A stretch of DNA of 64,000 nucleotides from Crocinitomicaceae bacterium (GCA_041688525.1 JBDNIA010000124.1:8380-72379); one strand, 5' to 3'; positions 27,002 through 35,117 are shown, counted from the stretch's first letter. Notes: generated by a model not told the origin, from the letters alone. Numbers and translations are program-made.

Positions 27002-27028
27002 ACTTGCAAGCATTAAGGATTATTCAGA

Positions 27029-27895
27029 ATGAAAGTACATCACATATTAGCAGAAGTAGATTATGCAGTAGTCAGAGCAGGATCTGGTCGGAATAGAGTA
27101 TTTAATATAATAGATCCTACAACTGGTGCTGTTGTTGGTAAAGAACGTATTCGTGGACAAGCAGATGCAAAAGCAAAAAACTTAACTGCAAAATCAAATG
27201 TAGCTGCTCCTAAACCAAGTAATACTCCGGCGCTACCAGTTACTACTCAGCCTGAGGCACCTAAGTCTGTCAGCAAAGTTAAAAAAGCAGTTAAACAAAT
27301 AGTTAAATCGCCTGGCAAAACTATGTATAACTTATTTTTATCATCACCGGTAGGAAGAGTAATAGGAGCACTAATTTCTTTTGAACAACTATCGACTGAC
27401 TTAGACGCATATGCAAATGTGTATGCAGCAAACAAATGTAATATTAATGCTCCGGAATTAAATGCTGCTCAACTTATAATAACTGATAATATTGCTGGCG
27501 GCTTAGTTAGTTTCTTAACAGTTGGCGCATCAACCGCAGCTTCGTTAGCAATGCTAACAAGATTCTTTACTGTTGTTCCTGGCTTTGGCTGGGTCCTATC
27601 AATTATTGGCGGCGCAAGTGGTATAGCTATATCATATCTATTAGGTAAACTTGCTAGAGATACTGGAATTATTAAAGGAATTAGTGATTTTATTGCAAAC
27701 ACCATGTTGAGCAAGGAAACATTATCTAGTCTAAGTTTCCCGCAATGTGATGGTGCAACTGAATCAATTGACGAAGCTATTGAATTTAGATTACAAGAAT
27801 CTGTTTCACAAATTAAAGCTGCCTCAAAAGATATGGTAATGAACGATCCAAAATTACTTGCTATGCTCAAAGCTGCTAAAGTAACGGCATCCTAG
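27029..27895 (+). CDS. Membrane protein of unknown function
   Basis: 288-aa ORF. Two hydrophobic spans are present (GGLVSFLTVGASTAASLAMLTRFF; VVPGFGWVLSIIGGASGIAISYLLG). They follow a Pro/Lys-rich linker (APKPSNTPALPVTTQPEAPKSVSKVKK). Confidence 0.6.
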   Translation: MKVHHILAEVDYAVVRAGSGRNRVFNIIDPTTGAVVGKERIRGQADAKAKNLTAKSNVAAPKPSNTPALPVTTQPEAPKSVSKVKKAVKQIVKSPGKTMYNLFLSSPVGRVIGALISFEQLSTDLDAYANVYAANKCNINAPELNAAQLIITDNIAGGLVSFLTVGASTAASLAMLTRFFTVVPGFGWVLSIIGGASGIAISYLLGKLARDTGIIKGISDFIANTMLSKETLSSLSFPQCDGATESIDEAIEFRLQESVSQIKAASKDMVMNDPKLLAMLKAAKVTAS

Positions 27896-28142
27896 TATCA
27901 TTTGTAGCTTGAATGTTTTCTTTGATGATCCTGTTTAGGATCTCTCTATCTTCATTAGAAATCCTAAACATTAGATCTTCGTAACTAAAACTTCCTCTCA
28001 TATACCAACCAAGCCGATAAGCATCGTCTTTTATTTGTTTGATATCATTTTCAAAATCTTTAGCTAGTGCTAAAATCTGAGATTCCTCGAGAGGGATGAG
28101 CGTGGCGCGAAAAAACTTGAATAGTCCAAGTCCAGTCTTGTC
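27876..28142 (-). CDS. ATG-less -1-frame ORF (88 codons): candidate frameshift extension of the gp26-like gene
   Basis: Hand translation gives DKTGLGLFKFFRATLIPLEESQILALAKDFENDIKQIKDDAYRLGWYMRGSFSYEDLMFRISNEDREILNRIIKENIQATNDTRMPLL*. The frame opens 9 codons before the heptamer T_TTT_TTC (28115-28109, minus strand). Five stops close it in the 19 codons just upstream. Confidence 0.5.
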   Translation of the reverse strand, partial: DKTGLGLFKFFRATLIPLEESQILALAKDFENDIKQIKDDAYRLGWYMRGSFSYEDLMFRISNEDREILNRIIKENIQATNDTRMPLL

Positions 28143-28933
28143 TTATAAACTTCATTACATGTTTCACTTGCACAAGCAACATCAAATGCTGGTAAGTTCC
28201 ATTTTTCAGTTAATGTTTTAATGCCTTGTTGTAATTTTGAATAAAACTCAGCATCATTTTCAGATACAAATTTATAGATAGTATCTGATTCTATTTCAAT
28301 ATCATCACCGTTTTGTACTGACTCAACGTGTGCTACTGCTAATCTAAGATTTAATGTAGTAATGTCTAGTAATAACTTATTAAGTAGTGTATTTTTTTCG
28401 TCTTGTGTTAATTTTTCTTTTTCAATTTGGACAATTGCTCTGTCAAGCTGATAACGTTCGATAGCAAAATCTGTAGTTCTTTTATAAGTTATAGGTTTGA
28501 GATTAAATGTTAAATCACCAATCTCAAATTTTTCTCTAATGTCGTAGTTGGCAAAATTTGCCAACAGCCCTGATAAATTAATTTGACTTTGTGTTGCTTC
28601 ATTACAATGCGGACATGATGTATTAACTGGTATTGCATCACCGTGAGTTGCAATGCGAATTGATATTAACAAATAATCTAAATCGTAACCAACTATTTCC
28701 CAGGGATTCAATATTCCCGGAATACAACTCCTAATAACTTGTGCAGTAGCTTCTCCAGAAAATAATGCATCCGGAGTCTTAAAAATAATCTCATCCATAG
28801 CACTCATATCAAACACAGGCAAACTTACAAACTGCCCGTTGTCTAAAACATCATCTGAATAGAACACACCCTTGCTAGGTAGGTCGATATAAATTTTAGG
28901 TTGTCTTTTGTACTTTTCTAAAAAACTACTCAT
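28070..28933 (-). CDS. gp26: Baseplate hub subunit-like protein (T4 gp26 / T4_baseplate family-like) with a zinc-ribbon-type Cys pattern
   Basis: IDLPSKGVFY near the N-terminus. ...YDLDYLLISIRIATHGDAIPVNTSCPHCNE...ACASETCNEVY shows CxxC ... CxxxxC. This fits my memory of the gp26 family pattern (LPS.G..Y, D..yL...iR, C..C). It is divergent from the tape-measure-like gene. Confidence 0.55.
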   Translation of the reverse strand: MSSFLEKYKRQPKIYIDLPSKGVFYSDDVLDNGQFVSLPVFDMSAMDEIIFKTPDALFSGEATAQVIRSCIPGILNPWEIVGYDLDYLLISIRIATHGDAIPVNTSCPHCNEATQSQINLSGLLANFANYDIREKFEIGDLTFNLKPITYKRTTDFAIERYQLDRAIVQIEKEKLTQDEKNTLLNKLLLDITTLNLRLAVAHVESVQNGDDIEIESDTIYKFVSENDAEFYSKLQQGIKTLTEKWNLPAFDVACASETCNEVYKTRLDLDYSSFFAPRSSLSRNLRF

Positions 28934-28944
28934 ATTATTCCTTA

Positions 28945-28979
28945 CATAAATACATAGTAATACTTGTAATGTATTTATG
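28945..28979. promoter_or_regulatory. Divergent pair of late-promoter-like motifs in an 11-nt inverted repeat (CATAAATACAT ... ATGTATTTATG)
   Basis: Plus-strand CATAAATA at 28945-28952 faces the 29006 gene. Minus-strand CATAAATA at 28979-28972 faces the 28933 gene. The arms 28945-28955 and 28969-28979 are exact reverse complements. Confidence 0.45.
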
Positions 28980-29005
28980 GGTATGATAACCTTAAGGAAA
29001 CTAAA

Positions 29006-31129
29006 TTGGCTGAACCATTAACTGAAGAAGGATTAACAAGAGCACTAGCTCAATTTGTTAAAAAATCCAGCGGAAGCAGTAATAGTGGCCCGAGTAACTC
29101 TTTTGATGTTACTGGGCCTTTAAGCGCCTTTAAGAATTCACTTAATAAAGCAGGTGGATCATTAACTGACTTTTCAAAAGGTATTACATCATCTACTAAA
29201 GGACTTGGAATACTAGGTAAAGCATTAGTCGGAGTTACGGCTATTATTGGATATCTCGAAGACACCCAATCTGAATTTAATAGTTTAAGTAAAGTTGGCG
29301 CAGGCCTAAATGGAAACTTATCAGATCTAAGAGTAAGTGCTGCAAGAACTCGCTTACCGTTAGATAAATTTTCAAAACTGATTTCTAACAATGTCACAGA
29401 GTTAGCAGGCTTTGCTGGAGGAGTTGAAGGCGGCACACGAAAAGTTGCAGCATTAGGTAAAGAATTATTTGCGACTCGAGAAAACGGCACACAGTTGATT
29501 GACGGATTTATGAATCTTGGATATACTATTGAAGAAGCTAACGAATTCGTAGTTAAAAATACATCATTGATGCGTCGTAGGCAGCTTGTAGAAGGTCTAA
29601 CTGATGCTCAATCAGTACAAGCAGCTCAAGAGCTTGCTAAACAAATGGACATTGTTTCTAAGCTGACAGGCAAAGACGCTAAATCACAAATGGATGATAT
29701 GACAGCACGGATGCGTAACGGTTCAACTGATTCTAAACTTCGTCTATTAGAAAAACAAGGTATTACTACTGCACGGGCCGCATATGAAAAATCAACAGCA
29801 GCATTACAACAATCGCCTGCTGTAGTAAGAGATTTGTTAGCAGACCTTGTACAAACCGGAGTACCAATGACAGCAGCTACTAAGAGCTTTATGGCATTGA
29901 ATAGTGAGGCAGGTGCACTCTTAACGAAAGCAGCTAATGCAACTAAAGCAGGTGATGTTGAAGGTGCTCAAAGATATGCTGAAGAGGCAGCGCGAGCGAC
30001 TGTTAAAAGTGCAGACTCAGTACAGAATTTAACAATTGGAACTTACGGACAGATAAGTGAAATTGCACAAGGTCAAGCAAATGTATTGCAAGAAGTTGCT
30101 CCAATAATTGATGCTGTTGCAGCACATACTAAAAAAATGGAATTAGAACTTGGACGCACTGTATCATTTACTGAATCATTTAACAACATGTTAGGCGGCA
30201 TAATTACATCACAAGGAAATCAGGTAGCAGGTAAAGGAGCCGGCCAAGAAGCATTAGTTGCACTCAATGAAGCCCAACAAGCACTAGCTAATGTTGCAAG
30301 TGCAACTAATGAAGCAATTGCAAAAGAATTAAACAACAGTTTAGTTGTAGGCGCATTAAATGAATTATCTGAACAAATGAAAAAATTTACTCCGGAAGGT
30401 ATTGCAGCTACAGTTCTTACTATTTCTTCAATATTGCCCGGAGCAAGCAATGCTGAACTTGCCAGGGAAGCAGTAACTGTGGGCGCGGTCAGTAAAGAAG
30501 ATTCAGCACTAATTGACGAACTAGCGAATCCTACAACACTTCAAGCAAGAAGAAATGAGATTGAGGCTGATCTACAATCTAGAGATATTTTAAATGCTGA
30601 CGGAAGTCTTAATGTAATAATTATTAAAAATCTTTCTGACAGCCGTCGCGAAACTGCTGAAAAAAATCCTATAGCACCAGAATATGAAGGATCGTCGCAA
30701 AGATTCTTTAAAAGAATCTTTGGAGGAGAACCAGCAGCTGGTTCTCCAGGAGAACCAGCTGCAAGAAAATACGGCGGCCCGATGAAAGCAAATAAGCCAT
30801 ATAAAATTAATGAAGGTAACGAAACAGAACACTTTGTTCCTGGAATGGACGGCTCAATGATTCCAAACATAAAAAATATAACAAGTAGACTTCCGGCAGC
30901 AATGAACGAACTTCAGAAAGATATGGCGCAGTTTGGAGCACCAAGGTCACAATCTGCACAATCAGCAATGGGCGGTGGTGGCGGTGAAATTGAACAATTA
31001 CTACAAACCACTAACGATCTTTTATTAGCTGTGTTAGGGGTAAATACTGCACAAGCACGTACAGGCGAAAAGCATTTAAGAAGTGCTAGGGGCGCTGGCA
31101 ATTTAATGAACGGATTCGGTAGAGCATGA
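29006..31129 (+). CDS. Tail tape-measure-like protein (T4 gp29 role)
   Basis: 707 aa, TTG start with AAGGAA upstream. It is a long Ala/Gln/Glu/Lys-rich, predicted helical protein with Gly-rich ends (MGGGGGEIEQLL). It sits next to the hub gene. The assignment rests on composition and context, not on a motif. Confidence 0.55.
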   Translation: MAEPLTEEGLTRALAQFVKKSSGSSNSGPSNSFDVTGPLSAFKNSLNKAGGSLTDFSKGITSSTKGLGILGKALVGVTAIIGYLEDTQSEFNSLSKVGAGLNGNLSDLRVSAARTRLPLDKFSKLISNNVTELAGFAGGVEGGTRKVAALGKELFATRENGTQLIDGFMNLGYTIEEANEFVVKNTSLMRRRQLVEGLTDAQSVQAAQELAKQMDIVSKLTGKDAKSQMDDMTARMRNGSTDSKLRLLEKQGITTARAAYEKSTAALQQSPAVVRDLLADLVQTGVPMTAATKSFMALNSEAGALLTKAANATKAGDVEGAQRYAEEAARATVKSADSVQNLTIGTYGQISEIAQGQANVLQEVAPIIDAVAAHTKKMELELGRTVSFTESFNNMLGGIITSQGNQVAGKGAGQEALVALNEAQQALANVASATNEAIAKELNNSLVVGALNELSEQMKKFTPEGIAATVLTISSILPGASNAELAREAVTVGAVSKEDSALIDELANPTTLQARRNEIEADLQSRDILNADGSLNVIIIKNLSDSRRETAEKNPIAPEYEGSSQRFFKRIFGGEPAAGSPGEPAARKYGGPMKANKPYKINEGNETEHFVPGMDGSMIPNIKNITSRLPAAMNELQKDMAQFGAPRSQSAQSAMGGGGGEIEQLLQTTNDLLLAVLGVNTAQARTGEKHLRSARGAGNLMNGFGRA

Positions 31130-31142
31130 GGATAGCAGCATA

Positions 31143-34100
31143 ATGTCGTGGAAAAAATATTTTACTCCGGTACAAACTGGGGATAACCCAAACGGAAGTT
31201 ACAGCCCAATAAGTGGTGCTAACTCTGCTGGACGTCCTGGACCTGCAAAATCAAACTACAGTTCATATCTTCCTGATGTGTATGTTGGTAGTCCAAACAG
31301 AGTTGAACGTTACGGTCAATACAACACTATGGATATGGACAGTGAAGTTAACGCTGCACTAGATATCCTTGCTGAGTTTTGCACACAAAAGAATAAAACC
31401 AACGGTACTAATTTTAAATTTGCATTTAATAAAAGTGCAACCAACAATGAAATTAATATTTTAGGTCAGTACCTAAAACAGTGGTGCAAACTAAATCAAT
31501 TTGAAACTAGAATGTTTAGAACATTCCGTAACATATTTAAATACGGCGATGCAATATTTCTAAGAGATCCAGAAACTAAAAAACTTTATCATGTTGACCC
31601 CGCAAAACTAACACGAATTATTGTTAACGAAAGCGAAGGTAAAGTTCCTGAACAATACATTGTTAAAGACATAAACTTAAACTTTACTGAGATGGTTGCA
31701 ACAACACCGTTTATCACTAATGGTAATATCACAGGTGGTGGCGGAGGAGGATATACTACTGGTGGCGTTCGAGGTATGGTAGGTAATGCTCCTACACAAA
31801 ACGGATCACGATTTAATACTACCAACGGTGAAGTTGCAATTGATGCCGAACATGTGTTGCATCTTAGTTTAAGTGAAGGCTTAGACAACAATTACCCATT
31901 TGGAAACAGTTTATTAGAAACTATTTTTAAAGTATTCAAACAAAAAGAATTACTCGAAGATGCTATTATTATCTATCGTGTACAACGTGCTCCGGAACGC
32001 CGAGTATTTTATGTGGACGTAGGCAACATGCCAAGTCACCTTGCTATGCAGTTTGTTGAGCGTGTTAAAACTGAGATTCATCAAAGACGTATTCCAAGTG
32101 CTACAGGCGGTGGCACTAATGTTATTGACTCAAGCTATAATCCTCTCTGTTTGGATTTATCTACAAGGATTCCTCTACTTGATGGAAGAACATTAGCACT
32201 AACTGAGTTAATTGCAGAGTTTAAGCAAGGAAAAGAAAACTGGGCATACAGTTGTGATCCTGTGACTGGCAAAATAGCGCCAGGGGTAATTAACTGGGCT
32301 GGTATTACTCGTAGAAATACACAAACTATTCAATTAACATTTGATAATGGCGAAACTTTAGTTTGTACTCCAGACCACAAGATACCAGTATTTGGAAAAG
32401 GTATGGTAGAGGCCAAGGACATTGTCGAAACTGATAGTCTAATATCTTTTAATAAAAGAAACAAAAAGATATCGTCTAAATCTAATGACTATGAGCAAGT
32501 TTGGGATCATAGCAAGAAGGAATGGCAGTGGACTCATCGAGTTGTAGGCGAGTTTTTTAGAAACTTGAGCAAACATCAGGAATTTACATACCTTGAACAA
32601 AATGCAGGAAAGTCTAAAGCAGTAATACATCATCGAGATTATAATCGCTTTAATAACGATCCACGTAATCTTCAATATATGAATAAAGCTGATCACATAC
32701 AGTACCATGCTGCAAATAAATCAGATTACTGGTCTAATTTATCAGAAGAAGAATTCCAGTTAGTTACGGGAAAAATTTCTAATACGTTAAAAACACATTG
32801 GAAGAATATGACTATTGTAGAAAGACAATCAGCTCTTTACAATATTAGGTCAGCACAACAGAGAGCAGTGTGGATGAGACAGAATGATCCTGCGACTACG
32901 GTCAGTTATAAAAAGAACGCTGGCAAATCTAGAAGTGACCACCTTAATAGTAATCTAGCTGCGATGCAACAAGTGGTAAAAAACTTGGAATCTAGAGTTA
33001 AAATAAAAAATCAATCGTTACATTTGACATTTGAAATGTTACAGATAGTAGTGGAGATAGTTAAGACTCAGTCAACAAATAAGAACACTGTAATTAATCT
33101 TTGTGACAATAACAAAGAGTTATTAGATCTGTTAAAGAAAGAAAATTCAGTTGCTCTTGATTATAAGAACGCTCAGTGTAAGATTGACTTTACGCGATTT
33201 GGTTATAGTAAACTAAATGGACTTCTTAAGAAAAACGGATACACTAACTGGAAACAGTTTGTAAAAGAAATCGATCAGTTTAACCACAAAGTAGTAAAAA
33301 TAGAAGTAGTGTCTAATCGAGATACAGGAACTATTACTATAGACGGCACTGAAAAATGGCACAACTATCACACGTTTGCTATTGAAAGTGGTATCTTTGT
33401 TAAAAATTCAATAAATGAAGATTACTTCTTTCCGCAGACAGCAGAAGGTCGCGGATCTAAAGTTGAAACACTTCCGGGTGGTACTAACCTAGGTGAAATT
33501 GATGACCTTAGATATTTTACCAATAAGCTAGTACGTGGATTGCGTATTCCAAGTTCTTACTTACCAACTGGAGCAGATGATTCATCTAGCAGTTATAATG
33601 ACGGTCGTGTCGGAACAGCATACATTCAAGAACTACGCTTTAATACTTACTGCGAACGGTTGCAAGGCTTAATTGTAGAAGAATTTAATCAAGAGTTTAA
33701 ACGTTACTTGTTAGAAAAAGGCGTAAACATTGATACTGCAATGTTTGATCTAGAGTTTGAAACACCACAAAACTTTGCAAGCTATCGTCAAGCAGAACTT
33801 GATAATGCTCGTGTACCAACATATACACAAATGAGTGCTATACCATATGTTTCAAATCGCTTTGCTATGAAACGCTTCTTAGGTATGAGCGAAGAAGAGA
33901 TTGCAGAAAACGAGCGTCTATGGAAAGAAGAAAACGACGAAACTATCAATACCGGTGGTGAAGACGCAAGTTCAGAAATGCGTACAGCAGGTATTAGCAG
34001 TGCAGGTATTAGTGCAGATATTGATGGTGCAGAAGATATTGCGCCAGAAGGCGGCGAACCAGAAATAGGCGCAGAAGCAACTCCTCCAGACACAGCAACG

Positions 34101-34151
34101 GGCGCAGCACCAGGAGCTGCTGCTCCAGGCGCAACAGCACAAACGATATAA
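31143..34151 (+). CDS. gp20: Portal vertex protein (T4 gp20 family) interrupted by an intein
   Basis: LEDAIIIYRVQRAPERRVFYVDVGNMPSHLAMQFVERVK and INEDYFFPQTAEGRGSKVETLPGG are gp20-type portal motifs, from memory. 1002 aa, of which 420 aa form an intein. Confidence 0.88.
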   Translation: MSWKKYFTPVQTGDNPNGSYSPISGANSAGRPGPAKSNYSSYLPDVYVGSPNRVERYGQYNTMDMDSEVNAALDILAEFCTQKNKTNGTNFKFAFNKSATNNEINILGQYLKQWCKLNQFETRMFRTFRNIFKYGDAIFLRDPETKKLYHVDPAKLTRIIVNESEGKVPEQYIVKDINLNFTEMVATTPFITNGNITGGGGGGYTTGGVRGMVGNAPTQNGSRFNTTNGEVAIDAEHVLHLSLSEGLDNNYPFGNSLLETIFKVFKQKELLEDAIIIYRVQRAPERRVFYVDVGNMPSHLAMQFVERVKTEIHQRRIPSATGGGTNVIDSSYNPLCLDLSTRIPLLDGRTLALTELIAEFKQGKENWAYSCDPVTGKIAPGVINWAGITRRNTQTIQLTFDNGETLVCTPDHKIPVFGKGMVEAKDIVETDSLISFNKRNKKISSKSNDYEQVWDHSKKEWQWTHRVVGEFFRNLSKHQEFTYLEQNAGKSKAVIHHRDYNRFNNDPRNLQYMNKADHIQYHAANKSDYWSNLSEEEFQLVTGKISNTLKTHWKNMTIVERQSALYNIRSAQQRAVWMRQNDPATTVSYKKNAGKSRSDHLNSNLAAMQQVVKNLESRVKIKNQSLHLTFEMLQIVVEIVKTQSTNKNTVINLCDNNKELLDLLKKENSVALDYKNAQCKIDFTRFGYSKLNGLLKKNGYTNWKQFVKEIDQFNHKVVKIEVVSNRDTGTITIDGTEKWHNYHTFAIESGIFVKNSINEDYFFPQTAEGRGSKVETLPGGTNLGEIDDLRYFTNKLVRGLRIPSSYLPTGADDSSSSYNDGRVGTAYIQELRFNTYCERLQGLIVEEFNQEFKRYLLEKGVNIDTAMFDLEFETPQNFASYRQAELDNARVPTYTQMSAIPYVSNRFAMKRFLGMSEEEIAENERLWKEENDETINTGGEDASSEMRTAGISSAGISADIDGAEDIAPEGGEPEIGAEATPPDTATGAAPGAAAPGATAQTI
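32148..33407 (+). mobile_element. Intein (420 aa) with an HNH homing-endonuclease domain inside the portal gene
   Basis: It starts at Cys (TGT 32148-32150): CLDLSTRIPLLDGRTLALTELI (block A). Block B TxxH is in LVCTPDHKIPV. The HNH motif is HHRDYNRFNNDPRNLQYMNKADHIQYH. It ends ...WHNYHTFAIESGIFVKN (Asn codon 33405-33407), followed by the +1 extein Ser. Confidence 0.85.
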
Positions 34152-34158
34152 ATACAAT

Positions 34159-34407
34159 ATGATATTACGCGAGCTATTTTATTTTGATAAAGAAACAATC
34201 GAGCCTACTGAGGATGATCGATATGATCCTCAGTACGACGACAGTGTTGTTAAAATGGATGATACACGCAAAACACGTCTTACCCTACGCCAAATCAACC
34301 GTGCAAGGAAAGCAAGTGAGCTACATACAACTGAGAAAGCTGGCGAATTAGATTTCGTTAGACAGATGTATGGAATAGCAGCACAAGCAGCCGCAGCCGG
34401 AGTGTAA
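34159..34407 (+). CDS. Hypothetical small acidic head-module protein
   Basis: 82-aa ORF between the portal and the next gene (TAATG overlap at 34407). It occupies the position of the T4 small prohead-core genes. No motif recognised. Confidence 0.5.
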   Translation: MILRELFYFDKETIEPTEDDRYDPQYDDSVVKMDDTRKTRLTLRQINRARKASELHTTEKAGELDFVRQMYGIAAQAAAAGV

Positions 34408-35117
34408 TGGCAAAAATAGACAAAACTCAATATACAAAACAACAATACAAGATACTTAAAACTGCTGCAAAAGCAGATAAGTTAGTTGTTTCTGAAATAG
34501 AAAATGTTGAATCAATGCCTATGATAGAATCAAATACTGCATTTGTACTAGGTAACGGAACTAGCAGAGCAAGTGTAAAATCTCAAGAATTAAAAACGTT
34601 TGGTAAAGTATATGGTTGCAATGCGCTTTATAGAACATTTGACCCTGATTACTTAATTGCAGTTGATGTTAAAATGGTACTTGAAATAAACAAAGCGGGG
34701 TATCAGCACAAACATAATGTATGGACTAATCCCAATAAAAGTTATCAAAAAATGTCAAACCTAAACTTCTTTCAACCTAGCAAAGGGTGGAGTAGTGGGC
34801 CTACAGCGCTATGGCTAGCTAGCCAACACGATTATGAAAAAATCTTTATATTGGGGTTTGACTATAAAGGGTTAGATGAGGGTAAAAAACTTAATAACAT
34901 GTATTCTGACACTGTAAACTATAAAAAATCAACAGAAGGTGCAACATTCTTTGGTAATTGGCTAAGACAAACAGTAAGTGTAATAAAAGATAATCCTAAA
35001 ATTAATTTTATAAGAGTAATAGCATCAGATAACTACATTCCAGAAGAGCTAAATAAATTTGTAAATGTAGAACATATTACAACAGATACATTTAAAAAAA
35101 TATACTCTCTCTCTTAA
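34407..35117 (+). CDS. DUF115 / Maf / Cst-type sialyltransferase-like putative glycosyltransferase
   Basis: FVLGNGTSRASV...VYGCNALYRTFDPDYLIAVD...GWSSGPTALWLASQHDYEKIFILGFDY parallels the GNGPSL ... CN ... PDY..s.D ... sG.....A..lG...I.l.G.D pattern. That pattern is what I recall for Campylobacter Cst-II and DUF115 (MAF_flag10) proteins. Confidence 0.4.
   Translation: MAKIDKTQYTKQQYKILKTAAKADKLVVSEIENVESMPMIESNTAFVLGNGTSRASVKSQELKTFGKVYGCNALYRTFDPDYLIAVDVKMVLEINKAGYQHKHNVWTNPNKSYQKMSNLNFFQPSKGWSSGPTALWLASQHDYEKIFILGFDYKGLDEGKKLNNMYSDTVNYKKSTEGATFFGNWLRQTVSVIKDNPKINFIRVIASDNYIPEELNKFVNVEHITTDTFKKIYSLS

Noticed and set aside
25956-27028. The idea that the GIY-YIG ORF plus the downstream non-coding stretch is a group I intron.
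   Set aside because: No interrupted host gene (flanking exons) is apparent. I could not recognise the P3-P9 core or conserved P7/G-binding elements by eye. A free-standing homing-endonuclease gene is the simpler reading.
34147-34154. Exact TATAAATA overlapping the portal stop codon, as a late promoter for the 82-aa ORF.
   Set aside because: Only 4 nt separate it from the ATG at 34159, leaving no room for a transcription start and RBS. It could at most serve genes further downstream, and chance occurrence in AT-rich DNA is likely.
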